Of a DNA stretch of 64,000 bases, positions 12,901-25,718 are shown in pieces. A model generated the notes under the pieces. It had not been told where the DNA came from and did not search any database. It saw only the letters and a program-made list of their open reading frames with translations. The position numbers and the translations under genes are program-made. The DNA is from Octopus bimaculoides (taxonomy: Eukaryota), in NCBI RefSeq assembly GCF_001194135.2, contig NC_068993.1, forward strand, positions 57,602,308 to 57,666,307, in the 5' to 3' direction. Within the stretch, counting starts at the first letter, position 1. Each line of letters begins with the position of its first letter.

Positions 12901-13607
12901 AGCCACGCAGGCAAAACTACATGCATGCACACAATGCCTACATAACCGCACAAATACATACCCCAGCATCCGAAAGAAAATAAATGAACTACAGTACAGG
13001 AGAAGACAAAGAACAAGTAAAAGAAAGAAGATAATTTCTGGAAAGTTTGATGAGAAAGAGATTGCTATCTTCTGAGAGATTTAATAATCTGATGAGAAAA
13101 TTAGGTGCTCCGAGGTTACACATGTGCGTGTGTGTGTGTGTATGTGAACTCATGTGAGTGCGTGTGTCTGTGTATGTGTATTATTGCGTCTCCGCTTGCA
13201 AGTCTCTACGTGAGAACGAGTTAATTTGTGTGGGTTTTCTCCGTACGTATGTGCAAACCATCTGTATTTGTGTATATGTGTTAATTTCTGTCTACGTGTA
13301 AGTATGTGTGCGTGTGTGTGAGTTTTGAGTGTGATATACTTACCTGCATGCGTGTNNNNNNNNNNTGTGTAATATGAGTACGTCGCGTAAAGCAGGGTGC
13401 TTGCGCATGTATGTGTATACGAAAACGTCTTCACTCGCAGTTGCGTATGCGAGTGTGTGCGTGTTTGGGTGTGTGTGTGTGTACCTGTGTGTGTACGTGT
13501 GTATGTGGCTGTGGTGAAGCAAAACGGCAAATACAACCCATGTAGGATAAACGAAAAGATGATGCACAATCAGTTCTATGAACAAGTATCATAAACTTAC
13601 GCACACG

Positions 13608-13639
<32 letters not shown>

Positions 13640-14089
13640 CATACATACATACATCAACACCAACATAAAACAGAGACACACTCTCTCTCACGCACGCACA
13701 CGCACACAGATATACTCAGACACACATTTGCTCAAATAAAGATCACTGTAAAGTTGAACAACACTTTCTAATTATAACGGATAGATTAGATGAGTCAATA
13801 CGTACGTACATATATATATATATATATGAGTGTGTTTATGTATATGTTTGGGAAGTGTAGGTGAAAGAGAGATTGACTGAGAGAGTGAAAGAGAGAGAGA
13901 AAGAGAGAGAGAAAGCGTAATAATGGCGACTACTAAGAAATAAACCGAATGACCACGACTCCAGCATGGCCGGACAGCAGAGCTTTTGAAATAGTGCTGT
14001 AGCTACACGTTCAATATATACATGCATGAAAAATACACCCACACACGCATATAAACGCGCACACGTACACAAGCACAAACATCCATACA

Positions 14090-14129
<40 letters not shown>

Positions 14130-15044
14130 CATATATATATACATATATATAGAGAGAGAATTCACAAAAAAACAACAACAGGCGAAAACTGGTGGTGTAG
14201 AAAACAAATAGATGTATTAGTATCCATCCACCACATACAGAACTGACACGCACGCACCCAACGAATTTTAACATACAAACAGTTTTCAAAACGCAACGAT
14301 TAACTTTCATACCAGGGATCATGTACGTATGGGAATATTTGTGTATACATATATGTATGTATGTACGTATGTGTGAAGGGATAGATATATATATATGGGT
14401 ATATTTTCCCCTCACATGTGGTGGCAGTGACCTGACTATTTTGGTGTGCATGTGCAGCCATCTGTGTATGTGCATCTGGACACACATATGTAGTCATCTA
14501 TCTATGCTTTTGTATCCATAGATATTTACGTATGGTTATGTACACAGGCACAGGCATGTGTATTGGAGTGTTTATAACTATTTATATGGTTTCATATACA
14601 GCTTGTAGGCTTTTTACGTGCCTTATATTTTTATATTTTCATTTTTCATTTATTTTTATTTTTACTTTATTCTTATTTTATATTTTTATTGAATTTTGTA
14701 AATCTCTGAAGAGGCCTAGCGAATCATGCATGTACCCCCATTACATCATTTTCATCTGCTAATTACTCCGGCACACAGGAGCTATAGAGATAGAATGGGG
14801 CTTGCCAACGCTAGGCCGTAAAAGCTGTAAGTTTCTGTACATTCTCCAATTGCTAAATATACTTTATATTTGTAACCTTAATTGTTAATATGACATGGTA
14901 TGTCATAAGCATCTGTATATTGTGGTTTTGGTCATTTTAGTTGTAAAATAAACAAATTAATCAACGGAATACATTGTATGCAAGTCGATGGATACCGCAT
15001 ATTCTCCTCCATTTTCTCATTACTATATATATATATATATGCGA

Positions 15045-15108
<64 letters not shown>

Positions 15109-15207
15109 ATTTGGGGACGGTCATATTGCCAGTTTAGCCAATAAAAACACACACACTATACACTTGGTGTTAATTTGCTTCAGCTTTATTTTATATTTAT
15201 CGTATTT

Positions 15208-15253
15208 CCGCCAGAGTTCTTTCGTCACACTTCTGTGACCTCATCGGTGGTCC
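15208..15253 (-). ncRNA. Minimal type-I hammerhead-like motif (U4C variant)
   Basis: Minus strand: GGACCA-CCGATGA-G-GTCACA-GAAG-TGTGAC-GAAA-G-AA-C-T-C-TGG; perfect 6-bp helix II, 2-bp helix III, 3-bp helix I. Confidence 0.6.
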
Positions 15254-16227
15254 TTTGCTTTCTTCTTTCTTATGTGTGTGTCTTTCCTTACTAACAATCA
15301 GCCATTTTGTATTTTGGATTCCTATTTATGTGTCTTTATTTGCGCATGCGTATCCCCCTATGTGTGTCTATGTTTAGTAAGTGCGCGTGTGTGTGTATAG
15401 GAAGTGCTTGTATTATCTGTATCCCCTGTTTATATACGTTCGTTTAATTTGTTTTTATTTATTTTTATTCATATAAAATTTTATTTATATAAAAAGACAT
15501 GAAATAATAAATTTTACAAATGCCTTTGGTCTGCGTCGTCAGGACATGTTTTATTTATTTAGTAAAATCGATAAACAGTGAAAAATGAACTTGCCGTGTG
15601 GAGTGTAAAATTTAACTTCGGAAAAAGCCCCTCTTCAAAGAACATTGATACATACTCATGCGCACATACTTAAATGTAACAATCGAAGTACAAGAGTTTA
15701 TCCCATCTAAGCACATGATAAGAATTTCGGCCCATTCAGGAGTTTGCAGAGATCAGTTTAAAATTATTGACTCTATCTCTAAAAAATCAGGCAACGAACA
15801 TTCCACCCCGTTTTTATTGAAGTCCGTAGTGAGAATGGCGAGAGGAAACGTTCTATGAAAGACATTAAATTTTGGCACAGTTTATAGTGAATCTCGTTGA
15901 AAATATATAAAAATCATTACGTTTGGCCATTCAAACTTGGTTCAGTGTATTAAGAGAGAAATGATTACAGAGTAAAAGAGAGATAGGGAAAAAAGAGAAT
16001 GGAAAAAGGAAGAGAGAGTGAATGAATAGAAAGTCGATGCAAGATAAAGAGGAGGAAAGGAAGAAAATAAAGAGAGAAGGAAGAAAATGAAAAGAGCAAG
16101 AGAGAGCAAGAAAGGGAGAAGAGAGAATTAAAGAGGAACAAAGTGATAAGAAGTGAGAGATGAGCCTATTGCATGTTAACTTCAGTGATAAAGGAATCAT
16201 CGTAAAACAAATTGATTTAATGGAAAT

Positions 16228-16360
16228 TTTCAGGGAATAATGCATTCTCAGGGAAATAAAGAAACTTTCAGGGGAAATAAAAATATATTGTGGGAAATAA
16301 AACTGTTTTCAGGGAATTAAAAATATTTTCAGGAATAAAATATAGTTTTAGGTGATTAAT
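16228..16360. repeat. Degenerate ~20-22-bp minisatellite (TTCAGGGAAATAAAAATATT-like)
   Basis: About 6 imperfect units visible. Confidence 0.7.
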
Positions 16361-16489
16361 AAAGATATTTTAAAGATAATTTTATTTAAATCGTAACTGC
16401 TGTTTTCCGAATGGTTAAATTAATGGTCTTCTTTTCATTTCAAATATTAATTTTTAGCAATTCGTTATGAACGGTGGATGTTGAATGCT

Positions 16490-16800
16490 GAAAGTTCATC
16501 AAGGAAGGAGAAAATATGACAGCCATGCTGTTAGTTTGATTAATGACATTGTTATTCATGTTTCTGGGCCAGTGCCAAATAAATATGAGAAATCGATCTC
16601 CAGAGAATCGACTGATAAAGCATAATCATTTTTCATAGGGGTAAGATTTGACGTTTCCAAAGTTTGCTTCACTATCTCCTTGGCTCTCAGCCTCTCCAAC
16701 TCTATAAGATAATTCTATGTTAGCAGCGTATACTTTGCAGCTAATCGAGAAATGTGCCGATTTGGGAATATTTTCATATGCTGAGTAAGGGCATTGGCGT
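16490..16800 (-). mobile_element. Old CR1-clade RT fragment with internal deletion
   Basis: Minus ELERLRAKEIVKQTLETSNLTP...SVDSLEIDFSYLFGTGP resembles LERII...IV..LE.NNL.....VD.IYLDFSKAFD.VP; SLIKLTAW follows in another frame. Confidence 0.5.
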
Positions 16801-17169
16801 GCGGAAGCGAAGGTTCGGGTTCCAGGTTCAATTCAATTTCATTGTAAGTTACGCTACGCGAAAAGAGTCATTTGGTCGATAGAAACGGCGAGGAATCCCT
16901 CCACGTGTATATGTCTACATATGTATATATGTTTATATGTTTGTATATACGAGTATGAATGTGTGAATTGTATATGTGCGTTTGCGTGTAACCACATGTG
17001 AATCGTTGGGGAGTCTTTCCCTCTGTCTTCCTTTTCTACTGGATTTTGCTCGAAATGTAAAACCACCTTTCTTTCCTTCCCTGAGAGTCTGCTAATATTT
17101 TACATGTACCACATCCTCGCGTTGTTATTTTTATGTGTTTTTTCTACGTTATATTTGATTTGCTATATA

Positions 17170-17209
<40 letters not shown>

Positions 17210-17499
17210 GCATGCATTAATACATACATACATACAGGTAGACAGGCACACAAACGCACATATACATACACACGCACACACACACACTCGCCCACACATA
17301 TATATGCATGCTTACATATGTACATGTATGTGTTTGCATGTCTTTGTGTATGTGGACAAACCTCAAGTCTACCACACCAAGTCGGGAGAAGAGAACTACA
17401 TTAGATTCGTATGGGTAAAGGTGAGTTGATGCAAGTTATTGAGATTCATTTACATGCAAACGTTAGCTACACTGGCCAACCCTATTTTGCAAATAGAAT

Positions 17500-17779
17500 T
17501 ATTACTATGAGCGGTTCCAACCCGTGTCGCAACAACTGAGTCAACCAGCTACATTTTTTGGCCCATCATCACGACCTCGTTATCTTGGATACATTCCAGG
17601 ACATTGTGTCCAACCAAGTTATCGATGTAAGTGTGACGTTTACCTCTTCTTATGTCAACATGAAGTGTGTTCCAAAAGATTAATTTTGATGCTTCTAGTT
17701 CAGGCTGGTGCACTCAGTGACCAGATAGACACAGCCGTATTCTGACCTTCTCACTAACTGTCTGCAGGTCTCCGTAAAG
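17500..17779 (-). mobile_element. RTE-clade LINE 3' ORF fragment
   Basis: LYGDLQTVSEKVRIRLCLSGH*VHQPELEASKLIFWNTLHVDIRRGKRHTYIDNL... follows the RTE C-terminal pattern (LYG.L..I...I..RRL..AGHC.R.....ASKL..W....G.R.RG...TY.D.L). Confidence 0.7.
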
Positions 17780-17867
17780 GCATTATACACACAGACACAC
17801 ATACGAAAATACATATATATAATTATACACACACACACCACACACACACACATACACATATATAATA

Positions 17868-17911
<44 letters not shown>

Positions 17912-18049
17912 GTACGTATGTATATATTTATATATACTTATGTATACATAAATGAAACTTCCTACATGCAGACTGTATGTATAATGCTGAGCCTGTCCGC
18001 ATTCAGCTGCAGTAATTGAACTTAATGATCATAGATCTCAATGTTTTCC

Positions 18050-18310
18050 TTATCTAAAGGAGTTTGCTGGCAGACATACCGTTTGAAAGCGCTTCAAGAC
18101 CAGCAAAATCGTCATTTACTACACTTCGAACAGAACTTCATCTCACAGACAATGTTTGAACATGGCAGAACAAAACATATGTGTGAATTTGACCTCACAA
18201 CACAGGAGATCATACCTTCTTAATATGATATATATCCAATCATTTCAGTTGTACTAACTTTGTTATTTGATCTTCTGCGAAATGGAAGAAATTTGTAATA
18301 TCCTAAGAAG
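18050..18310 (+). mobile_element. Old RTE-type LINE 3' fragment
   Basis: Frameshifted pieces ..SRPAK.., TWQNK, AKWKKFV resemble the RTE C-terminus. Confidence 0.35.
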
Positions 18311-18538
18311 AAGGTCTGCTGGAATTCAAAGTAATATTTATTGCAATTGCCGTTTGATCTTCGATTATTGATAATGGTCGGATGACTGAAGATTGATGTA
18401 GGAATAACTTACGCTTATAACAATAGATAATGCAGTAGACATCCTTGTCCATTTCACTTCGCTAATCAGGATTATTAACTATGCATAATGCATACACACA
18501 TAAATGCAAGTATTAACATACACACGCACATAGGTATA

Positions 18539-18618
<80 letters not shown>

Positions 18619-19631
18619 GATGTTTATATATATTTATATGTATACATACACAAACTAAACTTACAGGGACACATACAGAGAGACACAGACACAAATACAG
18701 ACACACACACACACACACTTACAAACACATGTGTATGTACGAGTTTACGCACTTATATATATGTATACCCGGCCGCTGGCGTGTGTATTTTCACCGTCGC
18801 TTATACACATATATATTCCATAATGTATTCATATGCATATATTTCAAAGTAATTGAGAAACTACAATCATAGAATTTAGGAATAAAGACACGATAACAAA
18901 ACCAAAGGTTTTACACATGTGAATTATTTATTTCAAAATGTTCATCTTATAAATCCTATTCATAATTAGAGGTGTGTAGAATATTGTCCCAGGGTGCACA
19001 GTTGCATCCTCGGCAGAGAAGGGATACAATCGAAGAATTTGTAGAGTAATATTAAACATTTGCATTGCCAACCTTTGGCTCAACGATTTAATGGAAGCTT
19101 TGCGACGCTGTTGAGAATTTTTATTATATGGTGAACTCCATCTCTCCCAATGCCTGACGACCACTGCTTATTATCCCGGATTATAGGCAGAAAAAAGGAA
19201 AGAAGAGCAAGAGAAGAATTGACCCAGTACAAGAAAAAGAGAAGGCGTAATGATAAAGTGAGATTTGAACCTAGCAATATATCAGAGTCTTATCGGATAT
19301 ATTCCTTTGTGTCGTATTGCGGGTAAACATGCTTAACGCGAATTGTAGCTTTGATAACTCTATTTCAGCGTTCTCCTTTGGGTCTTTAATCCTTTTTTAA
19401 TGATATATTCATGACATTTCTCGATTTTATTGAAACGAAAGCAGGTTTGGATATATGTTCACATGGAGATATCTAATGCATTACAATTGTTACCCTCCTT
19501 GTAGTATATCAAATAATCTCACAATTTTATTTCTGCTAGTACAGTTGGTTACAGTTTATAAAATGTAAGAAACAATCTGGCGCTTGCTGGGAGAGATTTC
19601 CTCAGAGATGGCCCAGGATGAACCAGTTGTA

Positions 19632-19790
19632 CAGGGTGTCCACAAAGTCTGGGTACCTGGAGTAAATAAAATCATAACATGAACAATTAAATATAAGAAA
19701 TAATAATTTCNNNNNNNNNNAAATATAAGAAATAATAATTTCTTAAAGTATGTGTTAATCCCCATGTACTCAGACTTTGTGGACACCCTG
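19632..19790. mobile_element. Tc1/mariner-type MITE with 25-bp TIRs and TA target duplication
   Basis: TA-CAGGGTGTCCACAAAGTCTGGGTAC ... GTACTCAGACTTTGTGGACACCCTG-TA (24/25 match); internal 10-N gap duplicates 22 bp. Confidence 0.9.
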
Positions 19791-20224
19791 TATATCTATT
19801 GTTTCCCTACAGATAGCGACGTTCTTTGTAGTGGTCACCTTATTTGCCACATGCAGTAGCTTCAGTCGACCACTGTTTATGTTGGAAGTGTTCGCAAGCT
19901 TCTTTCATTTGAGGTACACTTATATTCATTTCAAAATTCGGTGGCACATCTCAACTAAAAAATATAACTAAAAGTATAGGGAAAAGAATCACATTTAGGT
20001 TACACTGCGGCACACCTAGCATCGTCTCGTGGCCAATCGGTGTGCTAACCACCAACACTTTTTTCTTCAAAATAGGGGTAGTTTATCCTGTTCAGGCTAT
20101 ATTATTAGCATTGTCCTGCGTTTGAGAATTTAAAATCACTTCTTTAACTTTCTAAGACATCTCAACGCTTCTAAAAGCAAACTTCGTTTGTTTGTTCACT
20201 TTTATCGTAATTTGAATATATACA

Positions 20225-20538
20225 ATGAACTACAGGGAGCGACTGAAGGCACTAGGTCTCTACTCTCTGGAGCGCAGGCGGGAGAGATATGTAATAATAT
20301 ACATATGGAAAATACTGGAAGGACTGGTGCCAAACTTTGGCATCAAGTACTACAAGAATGCCCGCACGGGTCGCCACTGCATGATGACAAAGGTACCGTC
20401 CACTGCATCTCACATAAGAACGAGATACTGCAGCAGCCTCGGTTTCAGAGGACCTCAGCTCTTCAATGCCCTGCCAAAACATTTGAGAGACATGCAAGAC
20501 ATGGATGCGGAGGTCTTCAAGACAAAACTTGACACTTT
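20225..20538 (+). mobile_element. 5'-truncated CR1-clade LINE, C-terminal part of ORF2 (runs into gap)
   Basis: Open frame NYRERLKALGLYSLERRRERY...IWKILEG...GPQLFNALP...FKTKLD with CR1 motifs 'L.SLE.RR.R', 'FN.LP' and 'FK..LD'. Confidence 0.9.
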
Positions 20539-22274
20539 NNNNNNNNNNNNNNNNNNNNNNNNNNNNNNNNNNNNNNNNNNNNNNNNNNNNNNNNNNNNNN
20601 NNNNNNNNNNNNNNNNNNNNNNNNNNNNNNNNNNNNNNNNNNNNNNNNNNNNNNNNNNNNNNNNNNNNNNNNNNNNNNNNNNNNNNNNNNNNNNNNNNNN
20701 NNNNNNNNNNNNNNNNNNNNNNNNNNNNNNNNNNNNNNNNNNNNNNNNNNNNNNNNNNNNNNNNNNNNNNNNNNNNNNNNNNNNNNNNNNNNNNNNNNNN
20801 NNNNNNNNNNNNNNNNNNNNNNNNNNNNNNNNNNNNNNNNNNNNNNNNNNNNNNNNNNNNNNNNNNNNNNNNNNNNNNNNNNNNTATATATATATATATG
20901 TATGTATGTATAAATATATATACATACATATATATACACATTTATATATAAATTATTTAAAATTATAGTACAGGGTATCAAGAGATACCACCACGCTGAA
21001 AAAATAGCAGTCAAATCCTGACTCCAAAACCACAATAAATGTCCGCAAGGCACGATTATATATATATATATGCCTATAGGTACTCACGCATACACACATA
21101 TACACGTATATGAATGCATGCATACGTGCACATAAGTATGTACCGATATGCGTGCAAAATGGCAACACGCATCATCATTAGTGGTAGAATATCTTTGTAG
21201 TGCCTCGCTAAGAATCCGTTTTCTCATTATTAAAAGACATGAAGTTGAGATACAGCAGTTGAGAAATATTTACACACCAAAATAAGATTAGTTATAGAAA
21301 ATGAAATGGTTATGAATCCTTTGAAAATGTGGCCTTCAATTCTCTATTCTTATATTCAACTACAACAATGGATATCTTGTTATTCATACAAACCACACGA
21401 TTGTGTCATGAAGTATTATCTTTGGAAAACATACCGAAGCAAGAAGGGTGGCCATTGTTAACGAAGTTTTAATGTTAATGTATAATTGAATTTCTTTTAA
21501 ATATATGACCATATTTCAGGCTATATAAAATCAATTATGTGCAAATAAATTATTTTAGTCAGCTGGTAGCTAGAAATTCTCAAATAACTATCGGAGAATA
21601 TCTCGAAGAATACACCAATTCCGATATTTATTGAAAATTACGAAAGTAATGAACTAACATTTCTCCGCGATACGAAGAACACTCCTTCTACAGCCATTAG
21701 AGGAGAGATACATAGATGCATATTCAACAATGCAGCAATTATTTTTGTAATTATGAATATTATTCCTTTTAAACTGCAAATGTATTTAACTTACGATGCA
21801 CCTGATATAGACGACGAATGTAAAGTTGGCCATATGTAACTTGTGTTCTGAGTATGTAACATATTGCTCTACGTTACTCAAAATCTCGTAGGCACACATA
21901 CTGCATAGTATCTCTTAATCAATATGTGTAGATGTCAAGGAGACATGAATCGCAAGACTACACAGATCAAATGTAAGGGATTTCTTGGTGCGTTTGAGTT
22001 TCTGATATGGCACATATATACATGACGACACGTACAGCGAGGAATAACAATCCATGAAAATAAGATGATATATCAAAAGAAATGCGTCACACACGAATAC
22101 AAATGCGTGTACATGCATAGGTGCATATAAATATCTACACACGCACAGACACACGCACACAAACACACGTATGTATATATTTATATATCACAGCATATAC
22201 TCAGATTTATACTCCTGACTTACATATTTAATTATTGATATTTACATACATGTATATATACACATATATATATA

Positions 22275-22353
<79 letters not shown>

Positions 22354-23178
22354 TTGACATATGTGTGTGATTTATCTATAAAATCTATGTATATATATAT
22401 ATGTATATATATGTATAAGTATATATATATATATATGTCTGTGTGTGTGTGTGTGTGCATGTGTGTGTGTGCGTATATATGTAAGTAGGTATGTATGTTT
22501 GCATATATGTATATACGTACTACAAATAGATAAGTGTGTTTAATATAATTTTCATAACGATTACTTCGGTGATCCTGTAATTTTAAACTAATGATTATAT
22601 CTTACAATCAATTGACAACCAATTATTACGTAACTTTTGAATAATATTTGAAAGACCTTATTGTTTCTTTGACGCTTATATAATATTGTTTCTATACTTT
22701 ACATGTTTATTTAATAATTAAGCCGCAAGACTTGATATTCATTTTTAATAAACGTAAGTGGTGTATTTAACCATTTCTCTAATTTTGTGATTTGAAAAAT
22801 CTGCATGTTACTATATTTGTATTTTGAAGTGTTTATACTTTTGTATTTTCATAATATTTTTGTGAAAGGCAATTTTGTGCATGTTCTTTTCATGCATTGG
22901 TGCACGTCAACAGACCAGCATATGCACATATACACATACAGCAGCAAGTTTAGAAATGTGCATTTATGTGCACATTTGTTTAATTGTGTGAGAATATGCT
23001 GACGTGGGTGAGCATGCACGTTCTGCAATTTAATTTGTGCGGAAGTCCGTGTGCATACTATGCGCCTAAACACGTGTATGCACATGCGAACAGATGTATG
23101 TGTTTGAATATGTATGCATATATGTATGCTTTTATTTACATGTGTACATGTATTCTAATGAATATACATATATATGTA

Positions 23179-23209
<31 letters not shown>

Positions 23210-24397
23210 NNNNNNNNNNNNNNNNNNNNNNNNNNNNNNNNNNNNNNNNNNNNNNNNNNNNNNNNNNNNNNNNNNNNNNNNNNNNNNNNNNNNNNNNNNN
23301 NNNNNNNNNNNNNNNNNNNNNNNNNNNNNNNNNNNNNNNNNNNNNNNNNNNNNNNNNNNNNNNNNNNNNNNNNNNNNNNNNNNNNNNNNNNNNNNNNNNN
23401 NNNNNNNNNNNNNNNNNNNNNNNNNNNNNNNNNNNNNNNNNNNNNNNNNNNNNNNNNNNNNNNNNNNNNNNNNNNNNNNNNNNNNNNNNNNNNNNNNNNN
23501 NNNNNNNNNNNNNNNNNNNNNNNNNNNNNNNNNNNNNNNNNNNNNNNNNNNNNNNNNNNNNNNNNNNNNNNNNNNNNNNNNNNNNNNNNNNNNNNNNNNN
23601 NNNNNNNNNNNNNNNNNNNNNNNNNNNNNNNNNNNNNNNNNNNNNNNNNNNNNNNNNNNNNNNNNNNNNNNNNNNNNNNNNNNNNNNNNNNNNNNNNNNN
23701 NNNNNNNNNNNNNNNNNNNNNNNNNNNNNNNNNNNNNNNGTTTATTTATTGATATGTATGCATATAAATACCAGCTGACATTCTTGTGGCTTATTAAATC
23801 TTAATTACATTATATGAATGTATATATTTGTGTTTGTGCGTTTGTGCGTGTGCATAAGTGCGTGCGTGTGTATGTATTCATGTATGTGTGTATGTGTGTG
23901 TCTGTGTGTGTCTGTGTGTGTGCTTATACATTTTATGCATATGTCTATTTCAGTTCATTCATGCACACATGGGCTTGCATAATTATACATACGCACATAT
24001 GGGTCTTTATACCAGAGCTTTTCTATGCGAGGACACATAATGTTCGTGTTGCCGTTCACAAGTGCATGAACTCCATACAAAAATGCATAATGCACAAATA
24101 GAAAAGTTCAAACGTATCGAATCGAAATGCAAATATTCGAATGCTTAAATTAGAAAATTGCACAAATATTTGAATACATCAAATACATTGATATATGGAT
24201 ATTGAACTGGTTGAGCGCTTAACAAATATATAAATACGAAAATTATCATGCAATGACTAAAGAACTGAAAATAAATATTTAATAATTATTTAAGAATTAG
24301 TTGACAATTGGCTAATTTGTGTATCAATTAGCTATAAATTATAAAGTTACAAAAATCAGAAAATATGGAGAAGCCGTGTTATAAATACATACATGCA

Positions 24398-24448
<51 letters not shown>

Positions 24449-24920
24449 GCATACATATACCCGAATATAAAGTTTTTACATACTCACATACATGCGTATT
24501 TACACACAAACACATACATATGCATATATGAATGTCATACATGCATACATAAACTCACAGATACACACAAATGCATGTATGTACATAATCGTGACAGAAA
24601 TGCAGATAGGAGACAAATGGCGGTATATTTACACCTTTAGCATAAACTTTAATATCGCTTCACGGTAAAATGCTGTAAAACGGTATTTAGAAATAAAAAT
24701 ATGCCACTAAGGGATGTTAACTAGTTTAAAATTTGCTTTAGTTTTCAATACCATTTCGGGTTCCTAAATTCTGTATTCTTCAGACAACACATAACTGATT
24801 TATTATACAGCTACGACTTTCTAACCAGCTCATGGTTATGTATCTTTTGTATCCTCTACTGAAGATGGCAAAACGAACCATGAATGCCGACAGAAGGTGT
24901 CATTGAGCTGGAAACGGTAT

Positions 24921-25324
24921 TTCTTTTATTCTAATTTTTGTTCAGTCATTTGACTGTGGCCATGTTGAAGCACTGCCTTTAGTCGAACAAATTGGCCCCA
25001 GGACCTATCCTTTGTGAACCAGTACTCACCCTATAGTTCTCTTTTGCCGAACCACTAGATTACAGGGGGGATGTAAGCACACAATATGGGTTGTCATGTG
25101 ATGGTGGAGGGGAAAGCACGGACACACAGACAGACAGATAGACAAACACACACACACAAAACGGGCTTCTTTCAGTGTCAGTCTGCCAAAACCACTGATA
25201 AGGTTTTGGTGGTTCCGAGGATATAATAGGAGACACCTGCCCAAGGTACCACGCAGTGGGAGTGAACCCGGAATCATATGGTTCAGAAGCAAGCTTCTTA
25301 CCACACAGCCAATCCTGCGCCTAT
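24921..25324 (-). mobile_element. Bipartite SINE A/B (tRNA head + core, internal CA/GACA repeat, 3' tail)
   Basis: Tail 24921-25140 and head 25161-25324 match the other copies. Confidence 0.85.
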
Positions 25325-25678
25325 ATTTAAGACTTCATCATGAGTGGGAACCTTTTCTCTACGGTATACTGATGGCCTGTAGAAGACAAGATATGTTCAC
25401 AAATCACGGAAATTTGTGTGTATATAGTGCATAATACCATTCCTATGGGCATTACATCTTTCCTCTATTATCTGTGTGCTTCGACTAATGCAGACCTGTT
25501 GCAGATCTGCAGGATTGAGTAGCCATCGAAGGTGTCATAGACGGGAAGCTAGAAGAAATGTTATTGACAAAGAGGAAGCACAAAGAAACTACAATTGTCA
25601 TATATACATATATTAAAACATGTGTTTATCTATGTAAAGCGGTATATAATTTAAAGAATTAAAGGTAACATTCTTTAT

Positions 25679-25718
<40 letters not shown>

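Noticed and set aside
14720-14770. SECIS-like AUGA...AA...GA on minus strand
   Set aside because: Helix too short and no selenoprotein gene nearby
16741-16784. Plus-strand 44-nt exon candidate
   Set aside because: Lies antisense within a CR1 relic
17497-17626. Plus-strand exon candidate ending in GTAAGT
   Set aside because: Antisense of an RTE LINE C-terminal fragment
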